DNA of 64,000 nucleotides, from the NCBI GenBank assembly GCA_017309115.1, contig JAFLEF010000001.1:184616-248615 (forward strand), given 5' to 3'. Below are positions 27,989 through 37,254 of the stretch, in pieces. Source of the stretch: Verrucomicrobiota bacterium. Its GTDB lineage: Bacteria; Verrucomicrobiota; Verrucomicrobiia; Limisphaerales; UBA9464. The notes under the pieces are model-generated. The model searched no databases. It was not told the DNA's origin and saw nothing but the letters and a program-made list of their open reading frames with translations. Every line of letters starts with the position of its first letter. Position 1 is the stretch's first letter. The position numbers were made by a program, and so were the translations under genes.

Positions 27989-30900
27989 TCACTTCCCGTT
28001 CCGGGCCTCCAACATCCGCTCGAGACGATCCAGCCGCGCCCGCAGTTCCTCATTCTCCTGCCGGGCTTCCTCCAGTTTCTGATTCAGCCCCTGGATCGCC
28101 GCCAAGGCCACGCCATCCGCATCCACGGTTGTGATGTGGCGATCATCCGGTCCCACCCCGAAGGCGGCATGGAAGTCCTGCGCCATGGGGCCCAGATGCC
28201 GCGTGCCGGGATCCTGCCGGTAGTTCCACTCCGAGAGCGGCAAGGAAACCACTTTCTCCAGAACCGCCACGGGATCCACCGGACGCAGATTTTCCTTCGC
28301 ATTTCGATCGCTGGCCTGGGCGAATGCGCCCGTGATCGCCATATTGCCCGACGAATCGATGACCATCCGCTGACTTCCCGCGACCCGGAAGGTCATCTGG
28401 TCGTTCGCCAGATAACCAATCTGTCCCACGGTGGAATCGGCGGTCTCAAAATTGATCGCCCCCAGGTACTGCGGCGAAGGCGTCGAATTCCTAAGCACCA
28501 GCACCGATCCAAAGCCCCCATTGGTAGAGCTCAAGCGCGCGACGCCCGCCCCGGCCTCAACATCGAGCGAATAGGCGGGCGACTCGATTCCCAGTCCCAG
28601 ACGCCCCTCGCTGGTCAGCCGCATTAAGCGCGCGCCGCCGACCCCAGGATTTCCCTGGGCGTCGGCATGAACACCGCGCCGAAACCACAGGAAATCGCCG
28701 CTCGAACGGAAGTACATCGAACTGGATTGAACTCCCAAACCATATTCGACTCCCCAGAGATTCAACATCTGACGGGTCTGTGTGCCGAAGCCCAGGGCGC
28801 CGCTGATGGTACTGTTGCCCTGGAGCTGGAGGGTGCCCGGTGGATCATTGATCAATCGAACGTCGTAGCCGGACGGACGAGTCGCACCCCGGACAAAGTC
28901 AATTCGCGGCGCCGTGCTCTCTGAGCCGAACTCCCCCAACGCAAGCGTTCCGTCATTGGCACTCACCGTAAGCCCTGACGAACTCAGACTCATCAGGCGC
29001 TCGCCGCCCGCCCCGGGATTGCCCTGGGCATCATCATGAACCCCGCGTTGAAACCACAGGTAATCCCCGGCGGAACGGAAGTACATGGAACTAGACTGCA
29101 CGCCCACGCCGTACTCCGTTCCCCAGAGATTCAACATCTGGCGGGTCCGCCTTCCGAAGGATAGCTCATCCGAGACCGCGGCCGACGCCAAGGTCGTCGA
29201 ACCTGCCACCTGCAACTGATCAGCAATCTCGACCTGCTGCGTTCGCGTCCTGCCTTGGAGATTGACCGGACCGGCGACGTCCAGACCGCCGCTCGCGAGA
29301 ATCGTTCCCTGAACACCCACGCCCCCCTCAAATTGTGCATAGCTCCGGGTAGTCACCCCCGACCCGTCGCGTACCCACACCTGAGCTCCTTGGATAGTCC
29401 CCGTTCCGAAATCCGGAATCTGGTCTCCATTAAAGTCCGCCACATCCAAGTCCGTGACGCCGCTCCATCCCCAACTGCCGACCAAACTAGGCACGGCACT
29501 CGAGCCGATGGAGGCGAAAAAGGATATCTGACCCACCGCAAAACCCGACGGAATCACTGCCACGGCATCCAGCCGGAGATCGGAATTGAAATCACGAAGG
29601 ATCAGGCGCGTCTGTCCAGCGCTCGTAACTTCGAGGGGAACGACGGTCGAAGAAGGTTGGAAGAGGAGGTTACCCGCCGGGATCAACGTGCGAATCATGG
29701 AATCTTCGAAACGACCGTTGTTGAACCCGGAATCGGAAACATAGCTGAGCCCCGGGGATGAGTTTCCGACAATATCTCCTAAGGTTCCCCGGGCGACCGC
29801 GACCGGATTCACAGCCGAAACATCCGCCCCAAATTGCAGTGTTCCAGCATTGTTCCGAAACACCCGCAACTGATTCGCCCGGGAACACGCGGCCACCAAT
29901 TCCGGCCGGCCATCCCCGTTGAGATCGCCCGCAACCAGGTCCGCCACCGGACTGGGCACCAACAGCATCGCGGATCGAACCAATCCGGTGCCACTGCTCA
30001 ACACCAACTGAACCCGCGACTGATCCCCCTCAAAGTCGGCAACCGCCAAGTCCGTCAAGCCATCCGAGTTGACGTCCATAGCTATCAGCGCTGTGACATT
30101 CGTCATGGGAATGTCCGTCATACCCACCAAGTTGCCGGCGTGGTTGGTGGACACCCGAAGCAACCGGCCGTCCAACCACGCCAAGTCCAGTTTGCCGTCC
30201 GCATTGAAATCACCCGTCACCCCGAACTTGGGACTGAACACGGCCGCACTCGTGCTGTGGGAACTCTGCTTCAGCTCGCCGTTCCCGGTATTGGTGTACA
30301 GGTTCGCGACGCTAATACCCGCCAGACTCACGAGCAGATCCGGCTTGCTGTCTCCGTTGAAATCCCCCGCCACCACTCCGGAAGACCAGTACTCCCTCAG
30401 ACCATCCCGTTTGGCTTCAGCGAGGCGACGGAAGAAAACGGACTGGAAGCGAACCTCCGCTCCCGCGCCCAGTCCCGCCGCCAGCACTCCCGTCAGTCGG
30501 CTGCCATCCCCACCGAACCGATTGTTCGGATTCACCGCCTCCAACCGGCCGACCAACTGAGCGTCCTTATTCTCCAACAGGACCGAAGGAGGCAACTGGC
30601 TGGCGGAGATCGGACCCAGCACCGAACCGGCGCGGGAGGCATACGGAGCGGCGGTCACCTGCTGACGAGGGCGCAGCACAGCATAGGCTCCTGAGTTGCC
30701 GGCAGGACGGACTCTCACCTCCAGGTACTGCGCACCGCCGTTGAACTGCGGACCGAAGTCCAGCAGAACTGAGAACAGGCCGTTGGTGACACCGACCCGG
30801 GGAAGGGAGAGGGGAGAGGCAAATGCCGGCTCTCCCTGTTCGGTACTGTAGAGATGAAACTCAAAGTCATATAGACCGGTAACAGGGTTTCCATCATCCT

Positions 30901-30994
30901 CCAACCGACCTTGATAAGTGAAGGACGTGGTTTGGGCTTGAACCAGGGAGGAGGCCAGAAAAAGCCATACTCCGATCAGGAATCGAGGGAACAT
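27989..30994 (-). CDS. FG-GAP/VCBS repeat protein with phage tail-fibre-type C-terminal S74 intramolecular-chaperone domain
   Basis: Signal peptide MFPRFLIGVWLFLASSLVQA (start trimmed to 30994). Six FG-GAP Ca-binding loops (GDFNGDSKPDL, GDFNADGKLDL, MDVNSDGLTDL, GDLNGDGRPEL...). Two tandem ~115-aa modules (TRQMLNLWG.EYG.GVQSSSMYFRS.GD.LWF.RGVH.DAQGNPG). C-terminus SDRNAKENLRPVD...SEWNY...HLGPMAQDF...ALAAIQGLNQKLEE matches the endosialidase-chaperone (peptidase S74) pattern. Confidence 0.8.
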   Translation of the reverse strand: MFPRFLIGVWLFLASSLVQAQTTSFTYQGRLEDDGNPVTGLYDFEFHLYSTEQGEPAFASPLSLPRVGVTNGLFSVLLDFGPQFNGGAQYLEVRVRPAGNSGAYAVLRPRQQVTAAPYASRAGSVLGPISASQLPPSVLLENKDAQLVGRLEAVNPNNRFGGDGSRLTGVLAAGLGAGAEVRFQSVFFRRLAEAKRDGLREYWSSGVVAGDFNGDSKPDLLVSLAGISVANLYTNTGNGELKQSSHSTSAAVFSPKFGVTGDFNADGKLDLAWLDGRLLRVSTNHAGNLVGMTDIPMTNVTALIAMDVNSDGLTDLAVADFEGDQSRVQLVLSSGTGLVRSAMLLVPSPVADLVAGDLNGDGRPELVAACSRANQLRVFRNNAGTLQFGADVSAVNPVAVARGTLGDIVGNSSPGLSYVSDSGFNNGRFEDSMIRTLIPAGNLLFQPSSTVVPLEVTSAGQTRLILRDFNSDLRLDAVAVIPSGFAVGQISFFASIGSSAVPSLVGSWGWSGVTDLDVADFNGDQIPDFGTGTIQGAQVWVRDGSGVTTRSYAQFEGGVGVQGTILASGGLDVAGPVNLQGRTRTQQVEIADQLQVAGSTTLASAAVSDELSFGRRTRQMLNLWGTEYGVGVQSSSMYFRSAGDYLWFQRGVHDDAQGNPGAGGERLMSLSSSGLTVSANDGTLALGEFGSESTAPRIDFVRGATRPSGYDVRLINDPPGTLQLQGNSTISGALGFGTQTRQMLNLWGVEYGLGVQSSSMYFRSSGDFLWFRRGVHADAQGNPGVGGARLMRLTSEGRLGLGIESPAYSLDVEAGAGVARLSSTNGGFGSVLVLRNSTPSPQYLGAINFETADSTVGQIGYLANDQMTFRVAGSQRMVIDSSGNMAITGAFAQASDRNAKENLRPVDPVAVLEKVVSLPLSEWNYRQDPGTRHLGPMAQDFHAAFGVGPDDRHITTVDADGVALAAIQGLNQKLEEARQENEELRARLDRLERMLEARNGK

Positions 30995-31130
30995 CCGAAA
31001 TGCTTTCACGGGAGATGAGGCGAGGATTTTATTGAGGGGACCGGGCAAAATCTCAAACAGGGTTTTGATCCAAATCAGAAGAACCGACAAAGAGAAATTT
31101 AGGCCCGCTTGGACAACGCTCCCCGGAGCC

Positions 31131-31164
31131 TTTGGAGTGTGGTAGCCCATGCTACCGCTTTCCC
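31131..31164 (+). repeat. solo terminal half of family-T element
   Basis: tttggagtgtggtagcccatgctaccgctttccc matches the terminal inverted repeat of the T copies at 35969 and 47360. It includes the internal hairpin cggtagc-ccat-gctaccg. Confidence 0.6.
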
Positions 31165-31259
31165 AGCGAACCCTCATTCCGGGAAAACGCGTGCTGGAGC
31201 CGGAAGATTACAAGGCAGGTACGGAATCTCGTCTGCGCTCGTTGAGAGACCGCCTCTCG

Positions 31260-31945
31260 GTGGGGCGACGCTCCGCGGAGCCGTCCGTGTGTGGCCTCCG
31301 GACGCGTCATTTCGCCGAGACGCGAACGGCTCGGTGTAACCTCGCCCTACCTCACCGCTTCCCGCTTCGCGCTTACCCGCTTCTCCCCCTCCGCGGCCTC
31401 CGCGCCCTCCGCGCGAAACCCTTCCCCGTTTTGAGAAGGTAACACGTCACAACGTTCCAGCGCTGACCAGCAATCGCCGGTCAGCCGAGCTGCGCTGGCC
31501 CACCAGGGACGGCCCAGCGGTCCATCCCTACCTCAGGTGGGGCGACGCTCCGCGGAGCCGCTCCCGTGTGGACACCCGACGCGTCATTTCGCCGAGACGC
31601 GAACGGCTCGGTGTAACCTCGCCCTACCTCACCGCTTCCCGCTTCGCGCTTACCCGCTTCTCCCCCTCCGCGGCCTCCGCGCCCTCCGCGCGAAACCCTT
31701 CCCCGTTTTGAGAGGGTGACACGTCACGTCATTCGAGCACTGACCACCAAACGCCGGTTGACCGGGCTGCGCCGGCCCACCGGGGACGGCCCAGCGGTCC
31801 ATCCCTACCCCCGGTGGGGCGACGCTCCGCGGAGCCGTCCGTGTGTGGCCTTCTGACGCGTCATTCGCCGGGACGCGAACGGCTCGGTGGAACCTCGCCC
31901 TACCTTACCGCTTACCGCTTACCGCTTACCGCTTACCCCTTACCC
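31260..31945 (+). repeat. tandem array, 3 units of ~277 bp (A element + heptad-rich segment + C element)
   Basis: Unit starts gtggggcgacgctccgcggagccg at 31260, 31537 and 31814, giving an exact 277-bp period. Units 1 and 2 are near-identical. Unit 3 is truncated after the A element and ends in (cttaccg)x5 at 31903-31945. A elements lie at 31260-31350, 31537-31627 and 31814-31903. Confidence 0.9.
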
Positions 31946-31960
31946 AAAATGCCCCGTGCA

Positions 31961-33073
31961 TTACTGCGCCGGGTTCAACACCCAGATCACCGCATGCCGG
32001 GTGCCGTCGGCCTTGGTCATGACCCCGGCCACATTGCCCGCCGCATCCACGGCGTAGGCGACGGAACTGATGAAGCCCGCCGGCACGAAGGCCTGGAGGT
32101 CGGTGGCCTGGAAATTCGAATCCCAGACGATGGCCCGCGGACGACCGATGCTGTTGTTGCTCGTGCTCAGGGTGGCGTAACCCGCAATGGAGTCCCCAGC
32201 AATGGACAGCGCGTAGCTGCTGTCGAATGTGGCCCCGTCGGCACTGGAAACGTAGGGATGGATGTTCACACCGCTGACGGCGGTGCCATTCCAGATGTAG
32301 GCGTAGTTGAAGCGCTTGGTCTTCTGTCCCTTCACCGCCTCGACGCGAACGCGGATGTCAAAGCCAGCGTAGCCAACCTGGTGAACGCCATCCGTCGCAT
32401 TGGCGGAGGAGATGACGGCACCCTTCGGATGGAGCGACGTGCCCGCCTTGGTTCCACGCCAGAGGGCGGCGTTGGCCAGGTTGCGGAGGACGACGCCGAC
32501 TTGTTGTCCCGCGGCGACACCGAACAGGTTGGCGTCCGTACCGATGTCGGTGGCAGCGCCGGTGGCCACGTCCCAGATCAGGGCATGGGTGCTGCCGAAG
32601 GTGGTTCCGTCGCGGCTCAGGCCGAGGGCACTACCAACGATCTGGACGCCGTCGGTCGCGGTGGCTTGTCCGCCGGCGTTGACGAACGGAATGGTGAGCG
32701 CCGTGGCGCTGGCGGCAGTGTCGCGCCAGGCGATGGGAATATTACGGCCGCTGGTGGAGGCATCGGCGCCGGAGCCCACCTGGAGACCGCCGGAGAAACC
32801 ATTCACCGTCGAGCGGGCGCCCGCACCATTCAAAAAGGCCGGATGCAGATCGATGGGACCATCCGCAGTCCACAGCGTGGCGCGACCCACAAACGCATTC
32901 GGCACCGAACCCGTGTAGCCAGCGGCCAACCCTTCGCTGGCGGCACTCGCGACGCCGGAGCCATTGGGCGTCAGATCGACCGCGGTGTAGGACTGGGCCA
33001 AGGCGCAGACACTGGCAACGGTTGCCGCGACCAACATCAAGGCCGAGCGGGTGGAAAAAGAGGTGGGAGACAT
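31961..33073 (-). CDS. secreted repeat protein, HAF-like extracellular repeats
   Basis: Signal peptide MSPTSFSTRSALMLVAATVASVCALA (start trimmed to 33073). Recurrent ...G.A.LW....G...DL/IHP units (ATLWTADGPIDLHP, HALIWDVATGAATDIG, AALWRGTKAGTSLHP, YAYIWNGTAVSGVNIHP, RAIVWDSNFQATDLQ, HAVIWVL) resemble the HAF repeat family. Confidence 0.6.
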   Translation of the reverse strand: MSPTSFSTRSALMLVAATVASVCALAQSYTAVDLTPNGSGVASAASEGLAAGYTGSVPNAFVGRATLWTADGPIDLHPAFLNGAGARSTVNGFSGGLQVGSGADASTSGRNIPIAWRDTAASATALTIPFVNAGGQATATDGVQIVGSALGLSRDGTTFGSTHALIWDVATGAATDIGTDANLFGVAAGQQVGVVLRNLANAALWRGTKAGTSLHPKGAVISSANATDGVHQVGYAGFDIRVRVEAVKGQKTKRFNYAYIWNGTAVSGVNIHPYVSSADGATFDSSYALSIAGDSIAGYATLSTSNNSIGRPRAIVWDSNFQATDLQAFVPAGFISSVAYAVDAAGNVAGVMTKADGTRHAVIWVLNPAQ

Positions 33074-33312
33074 AAACGGAAACTGCCGATTCGATTCGTT
33101 GTTGTAGCTAATGCCGGCCCCAACTTGGGAACCGACGTTCATTGACCAGAAGCACAGCCCCCCCGAACGGTTCCCAAAATTCTCCAACAATTTTTAAACC
33201 CGCCGTCGCCACCACCCCGGCAAACCATCGTTCCGAATTTTTTTTCTCGGGGCGTTCATTTTTCCGGGAACCTTTTACCGTTCCCGTGCCTCGCATGGTT
33301 AAGTGGCAATGA

Positions 33313-33843
33313 ATGCAGAGTGAATTGACCTTTGATGAATTGGTGGAGCGCTTCAGCGAACCGCTCTTCCGTTTTGCGATGAGTCTGACCCGAACACCGA
33401 TGGATGCCGAGGATCTCGTCCAGCAGACGTTTCTGACCTGGGCCGAGAAGGGTCATCAGTTGCTGGATCCGACCAAGGTGAAGTCATGGCTGTTCACGAC
33501 ACTGCACCGCACCCACCTCGGCGGTCAGCGCCGAGTCGTGCGCTTCCCTCAGTTGGAGATTGAGGAAGCGGAGGCCGAATTGCCGGTCATCGAATTGGAC
33601 CTGGTCGAACGACTGGACGGGGGACACCTGGTGGAGTTGCTCGGCCAGGTCGACGACCAGTATCAGGCCGCAGTCGCGCTCTTCTATCTGGAGGACTGCA
33701 GCTATCCCGAGATCGCCGAGATGCTGGAAATCCCCCTGGGTACCGTGAAATCGCGAATCGCCCGGGGCATCGCCCAACTCAAACAACTCGTCGCCCGGCC
33801 GAGTGCCGATGTCGGCCGCCGGGGGCTGGGAGGATCCCGATGA
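33313..33843 (+). CDS. ECF sigma-70 factor
   Basis: 176 aa. Region 2 is LFRFAMSLTRTPMDAEDLVQQTFLTWAEK. Region 4 is AVALFYLEDCSYPEIAEMLEIPLGTVKSRIARGIAQLK. Overlaps the downstream gene by 4 nt. Confidence 0.85.
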   Translation: MQSELTFDELVERFSEPLFRFAMSLTRTPMDAEDLVQQTFLTWAEKGHQLLDPTKVKSWLFTTLHRTHLGGQRRVVRFPQLEIEEAEAELPVIELDLVERLDGGHLVELLGQVDDQYQAAVALFYLEDCSYPEIAEMLEIPLGTVKSRIARGIAQLKQLVARPSADVGRRGLGGSR

Positions 33844-34589
33844 ATCGCCTTGCCGCCCGCCAGATTCTGGAACGGTTCCGACCGGGAGTCGAAGTGGCCG
33901 CTGAAGACACGGAACTGCGGACCGCGCTGGAGTTGGCCCGGACCGACGCCGAATTGGGCCAGTGGTTCCGTCAACACTGTGAGTTTCAAGCGGCCGTGAC
34001 CCGCAAGGTCCGCACGATAAGCGTTCCGGCGGATCTGAAGGCCCGAATCAAGGCGCGGCAACAGGAGGCGCAGAAGGTTGTGGCCTTCCCCCAACGCCGG
34101 TGGTACCCGCCGGCTTGGTTGGCCGCCGCCGCCGGCTTGATTCTATGCGCCGCACTGGCGGGCTTCTGGCTGTCCCGCGAACGCGTGCCCGATTCGTTCG
34201 CCGATTATCGCGCCCGCATGGTGCGAAGCGTCCTGCGGGAATACCACATGGACGTCCGGACCGGCGACCTGGCGGCCGTGCGCGGCTTCATGAAGACGAA
34301 GGGCGCACCGGACGACTTCGTGATTCCTGGCGGGTTGGCCAAACTGGAACTGGCGGGTGGCGGATTCCTGATCTGGCGCAATCAGCCAGTCTCAATGATC
34401 TGCTTCAATCAGGGCCAGGCGGGGATGTCCTACCTGTTCGTGTTGGACCGCGCCGACGCCAAGGACGCGCCGCCCACCGAACCGGAGATTATCACGGTCA
34501 ATGGCCGATCCAGTGCCGCTTGGACCTCCGGAAACCGAATCTACCTGCTGACCGGCGCGGAAGGCGTGGACGTTCGCACGCTGCTTTGA
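33840..34589 (+). CDS. putative anti-sigma factor (single TM)
   Basis: 249 aa, translationally coupled to the ECF sigma gene. Has an N-terminal cytoplasmic helix region, a TM WYPPAWLAAAAGLILCAALAGFWL and a C-terminal extracytoplasmic domain. Assignment rests on context and topology. Confidence 0.6.
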   Translation: MNRLAARQILERFRPGVEVAAEDTELRTALELARTDAELGQWFRQHCEFQAAVTRKVRTISVPADLKARIKARQQEAQKVVAFPQRRWYPPAWLAAAAGLILCAALAGFWLSRERVPDSFADYRARMVRSVLREYHMDVRTGDLAAVRGFMKTKGAPDDFVIPGGLAKLELAGGGFLIWRNQPVSMICFNQGQAGMSYLFVLDRADAKDAPPTEPEIITVNGRSSAAWTSGNRIYLLTGAEGVDVRTLL

Positions 34590-34815
34590 GAGCCATTCGA
34601 TCCGAGGGAAAAACCAGCTGAGAGCGGAGAGAGAAAAGCCGGTCGGGCGACGCTCCGCCCCTTGTTCGTAGTCCCGCCTTCAGGCGGCCTCTGGGGGTGA
34701 GTCGGCGCTGGGGGACGGAATGAATCCCGCACTACTAGCCCGACCCGGTTCTTGGCCCCAAGGCAGATCCGGTTCACCGGCTTTGGCTCCTCTCAACTCT
34801 CAACCGATTTACGAA

Positions 34816-35670
34816 TCAGTGCGGCTGCCGGAGCACGCTGGTGCGCTGCATGAGCCAGTCAAAATCAGTTCGGCCGGCAGCCGGCACGGGAAACGGCAAG
34901 GCGGCCGCATCAGGCCGATTCCTGGGACAGGTGACACCGGACCGCCAGACGTGGGATTCCGCGTGACCGTCGGCAAACGCCAAATTCGCCGCCCCGCCAT
35001 GGTTGGAGGCCGGCAGATCGGTCCATTCGGATCGGCTGACCCGGTTCAGGAAATAGCCGTCGTTCACGCTGTCCGGGTGTTCCTCGGTATAAACAAACAA
35101 CTGGGATGGCAGGTCCACCTGCGCGAGCTGGAAGAACTGGCGATACTCCGGGTTGTTCACGTTGAACCCATTGGTCGTGTATTCGCCGGCATTGCCCATC
35201 ATAGCGTTCATGGACGTGCTCCGGACCCGATGCCGCCATCCGGCCGCCGCCTGGAGATCGCTGACCACGAAATCGGCGGGGCAGCGATAGATCGTGGCGT
35301 TGGCATTCACGTAAGGCCCGATGCCACCGCGGGTCAAAAGGGCGGAATTGGTATTGTCGGGTTCCAACTCCCAGCTGAGCAGGCTGCTCGTCCAGTTGAT
35401 GAACCGGCCGGCCGACACCTCGTGCATCGTTTCATCTTCACCGAGATTGTAGGGCAGTGCATCCCGCTCATCGGCGACGTAGAGAAAGGTGGCCAGCATA
35501 AGCTGCCGATGGTGATTCAGGCAGGTGATCCCCTGGGCTCGAGCGCGTGCCCGTGAGGCCGCGGGAAGCAGGAGTGACGCGAGCACGGCGATGATACCAA
35601 TGACCACCAGCAATTCGATCAAGGTGAAGGCCTGGCGTACTCGCCGTGCGCGATGATTTAAACGACCCAT
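34816..35670 (-). CDS. prepilin-type N-terminal cleavage/methylation protein, H-X9-DG family
   Basis: [25 protein letters not shown] and an exact H-X9-DG match HGGAANLAFADG. Start trimmed to MGRLNHRARR (35670). Confidence 0.8.
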   Translation of the reverse strand: MGRLNHRARRVRQAFTLIELLVVIGIIAVLASLLLPAASRARARAQGITCLNHHRQLMLATFLYVADERDALPYNLGEDETMHEVSAGRFINWTSSLLSWELEPDNTNSALLTRGGIGPYVNANATIYRCPADFVVSDLQAAAGWRHRVRSTSMNAMMGNAGEYTTNGFNVNNPEYRQFFQLAQVDLPSQLFVYTEEHPDSVNDGYFLNRVSRSEWTDLPASNHGGAANLAFADGHAESHVWRSGVTCPRNRPDAAALPFPVPAAGRTDFDWLMQRTSVLRQPH

Positions 35671-35939
35671 TCGTACTTCAGATGCTGTGTTCGCTAACTT
35701 GAGATGTCGGTGCAGGCCGAATGCCAATCATTGGTAGCCGTGGAATTAGCCAGAAAAGGGTTTGATTCGGCCAAAAACGGTCCTCCAGAAAACCAGTGCG
35801 GCGAACTCTGGTCCGCTTTCGGAGCACCTCGGTCTCAGAGATGACGTGTCATGGTGGTTATCCGGCGAGGCGAATTTTGCAACCCGAGAGGGACGGGCCG
35901 CGAGTCGGAGGAGGAAAGCGGAGAGCTGAAAGGTGAACC

Positions 35940-36117
35940 GTAGGGCGACGTTCCGCGGAGCCGTTCTCTATGGAGTGCGGTAGCCAATGCTACCGCTTTC
36001 CCACGGGCGAGGCGCTAACAGCAACCGACGCGTCACCACTCCATCCGCGTCTGGGAAAATGGGAAAGCGGTAGCATGGCAACCGCACTCCACAGGCTCCG
36101 CCAGCACCTCGCCCTAC
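35940..36117 (+). repeat. long variant of family A carrying a nested family-T element (35969-36093)
   Basis: Outer arms gtagggcgacgttccgcggagccgtt ... gctccgccagcacctcgccctac. The inner element is bounded by ~32-bp inverted termini: tatggagtgcggtagccaatgctaccgctttccc / gggaaagcggtagcatggcaaccgcactccaca. Confidence 0.8.
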
Positions 36118-36219
36118 CTTACCGTTTCCCCCTTCGCGCTTACCCGCTTCTCCCTCTCCGCGGCCTCCGCGGGAAACCCTTCCCCGTTTTGAGAAGGTGA
36201 CGCGTCACGATGTTCCTGC

Positions 36220-36290
36220 GCTGACCAGCAATTACCGGTCGGCCAAGCTGCGCTGGCCAACCGGGGACGGCCCAGCGGTCCATCCCTACC
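36220..36290 (+). repeat. family-C element
   Basis: gctgaccagcaattaccggtcggccaagctgcgctggccaaccggggacggcccagcggtccatccctacc. Other copies at ~31462-31532, 31739-31809, 51065-51135 and 56421-56485. Confidence 0.8.
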
Positions 36291-36424
36291 TTATCGCTTC
36301 GCGCTTACCAGCTTTGCCTCTCACCCACGAACCAGTTGAAAGTTGAGAGATAAAGCCGGGAAGGGGAACCGGGCGCGCGTCTCGGGGGCACTCCCGACAG
36401 CCTCTTTGCCTTTGTCTCTCAACT

Positions 36425-36441
36425 CTCAACTGATTTCCCAT
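36425..36441 (+). repeat. heptanucleotide repeat (tctcaac)x2
   Basis: tctctcaactctcaact, 45 nt upstream of the sigma-1 ATG. Expanded versions lie upstream of sigma-2 and sigma-3. Confidence 0.7.
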
Positions 36442-36485
36442 TCCCAACGCCCTCCATTTCGCCACGCTCTCCGGCACCAGATCCC

Positions 36486-37223
36486 ATGTCGGACGTCCCC
36501 CAACCCCGCGAATTCACCACCACCCGGTGGAGCGTCGTGCTGCGTGCCGGCGGGGCGAGTCCGGAGGAAGCCCAGTCCGCGCTGGAACAACTCTGCCGCG
36601 ATTACTGGTATCCGCTCTACGCCTACGTTCGCCGCAAGGGCCGTTCCCCCGAAGACGCCGCCGACCTCACGCAAGACTTCTTCGCCAAACTGTTGGCCAA
36701 TGACTTCACCCAGGGTCTGACCCCGGATCGCGGTCGCTTCCGATCCTTTCTGTTGACCGCCCTCAGCCGATTCCTCGTCACCGAATGGCAGAAGGGCCAG
36801 CGGCAGAAGCGGGGCGGCGGAACCTTTACCGATTCCCTCGACGCCCTGATTGCCCAACGCGGCGAGTCCAGTTACCTGGGCGAAGCAGCGCATGGCGAAA
36901 CACCCGAAAAACTCTTTCAGCGCACCTGGGCGGAGACGCTGCTCGCCCGCGTGCTGGAACGTCTCGCCGCCGAGTGCGCGCATCGAGGCGACGTGCGTTT
37001 TGAGGTGCTCCGGCCATTTCTAGCCACCGGGGACGAGCCCCCAGCGTTGTTGGAGGCCGCAGCGCAGCTCAATCTGGCGTTGCCGGCCTTCAAGTCACTC
37101 CTGCACCGATTCCGTCAGCGGTATCGCGAGCTGTTGATGGACGAAGTGAGTCAGACCGTCGGCACGCGCAGCGACATCGCTGAAGAACTGCGCGGCTTGC
37201 TCCAAGCCTTGCGAGCTCACTGA
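36486..37223 (+). CDS. ECF-like sigma factor of the Ser/Thr-kinase-associated type (sigma-1)
   Basis: 245 aa. MSDVPQPREFTTTRWSVVLRAGGASPEEAQSALEQLCRDYWYPLYAYVRRKGRSPEDAADLTQDFF is region-2-like. The C-terminal ...LALPAFKSLLHRFRQRYRELL is region-4-like. Three paralogs of identical length lie in the window, and no anti-sigma gene is adjacent. Confidence 0.85.
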   Translation: MSDVPQPREFTTTRWSVVLRAGGASPEEAQSALEQLCRDYWYPLYAYVRRKGRSPEDAADLTQDFFAKLLANDFTQGLTPDRGRFRSFLLTALSRFLVTEWQKGQRQKRGGGTFTDSLDALIAQRGESSYLGEAAHGETPEKLFQRTWAETLLARVLERLAAECAHRGDVRFEVLRPFLATGDEPPALLEAAAQLNLALPAFKSLLHRFRQRYRELLMDEVSQTVGTRSDIAEELRGLLQALRAH

Positions 37224-37254
37224 GCAAGAAGGACTGGTTGAGAGAAAAATGCCG

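Noticed and set aside
31149-31719. Recurring small ORFs encoding GRRSAEP..CG..TRHFAETRTARCNLALPHRFPLRAYPLLPLRGL (also 35970-36200, 37249-37569, 50849-51000)
   Set aside because: They are translations of the family-A/heptad repeats. The reading frame is not preserved between copies, copies occur in both orientations, and indels break the frames.
31260-31945. Possible CRISPR array
   Set aside because: The period is 277 bp, with no short direct repeats separated by unique spacers. The units are homologous along their whole length, and no cas genes are in the window.
31814-33145. 443-aa plus-strand ORF covering the HAF-like gene region
   Set aside because: It starts inside a family-A repeat (MGRRSAEPSVCG...). 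It runs antisense to a minus-strand gene that has a signal peptide and clear repeat structure. Its composition is Gly/Arg/Ala-rich low complexity, typical of shadow ORFs in GC-rich DNA.
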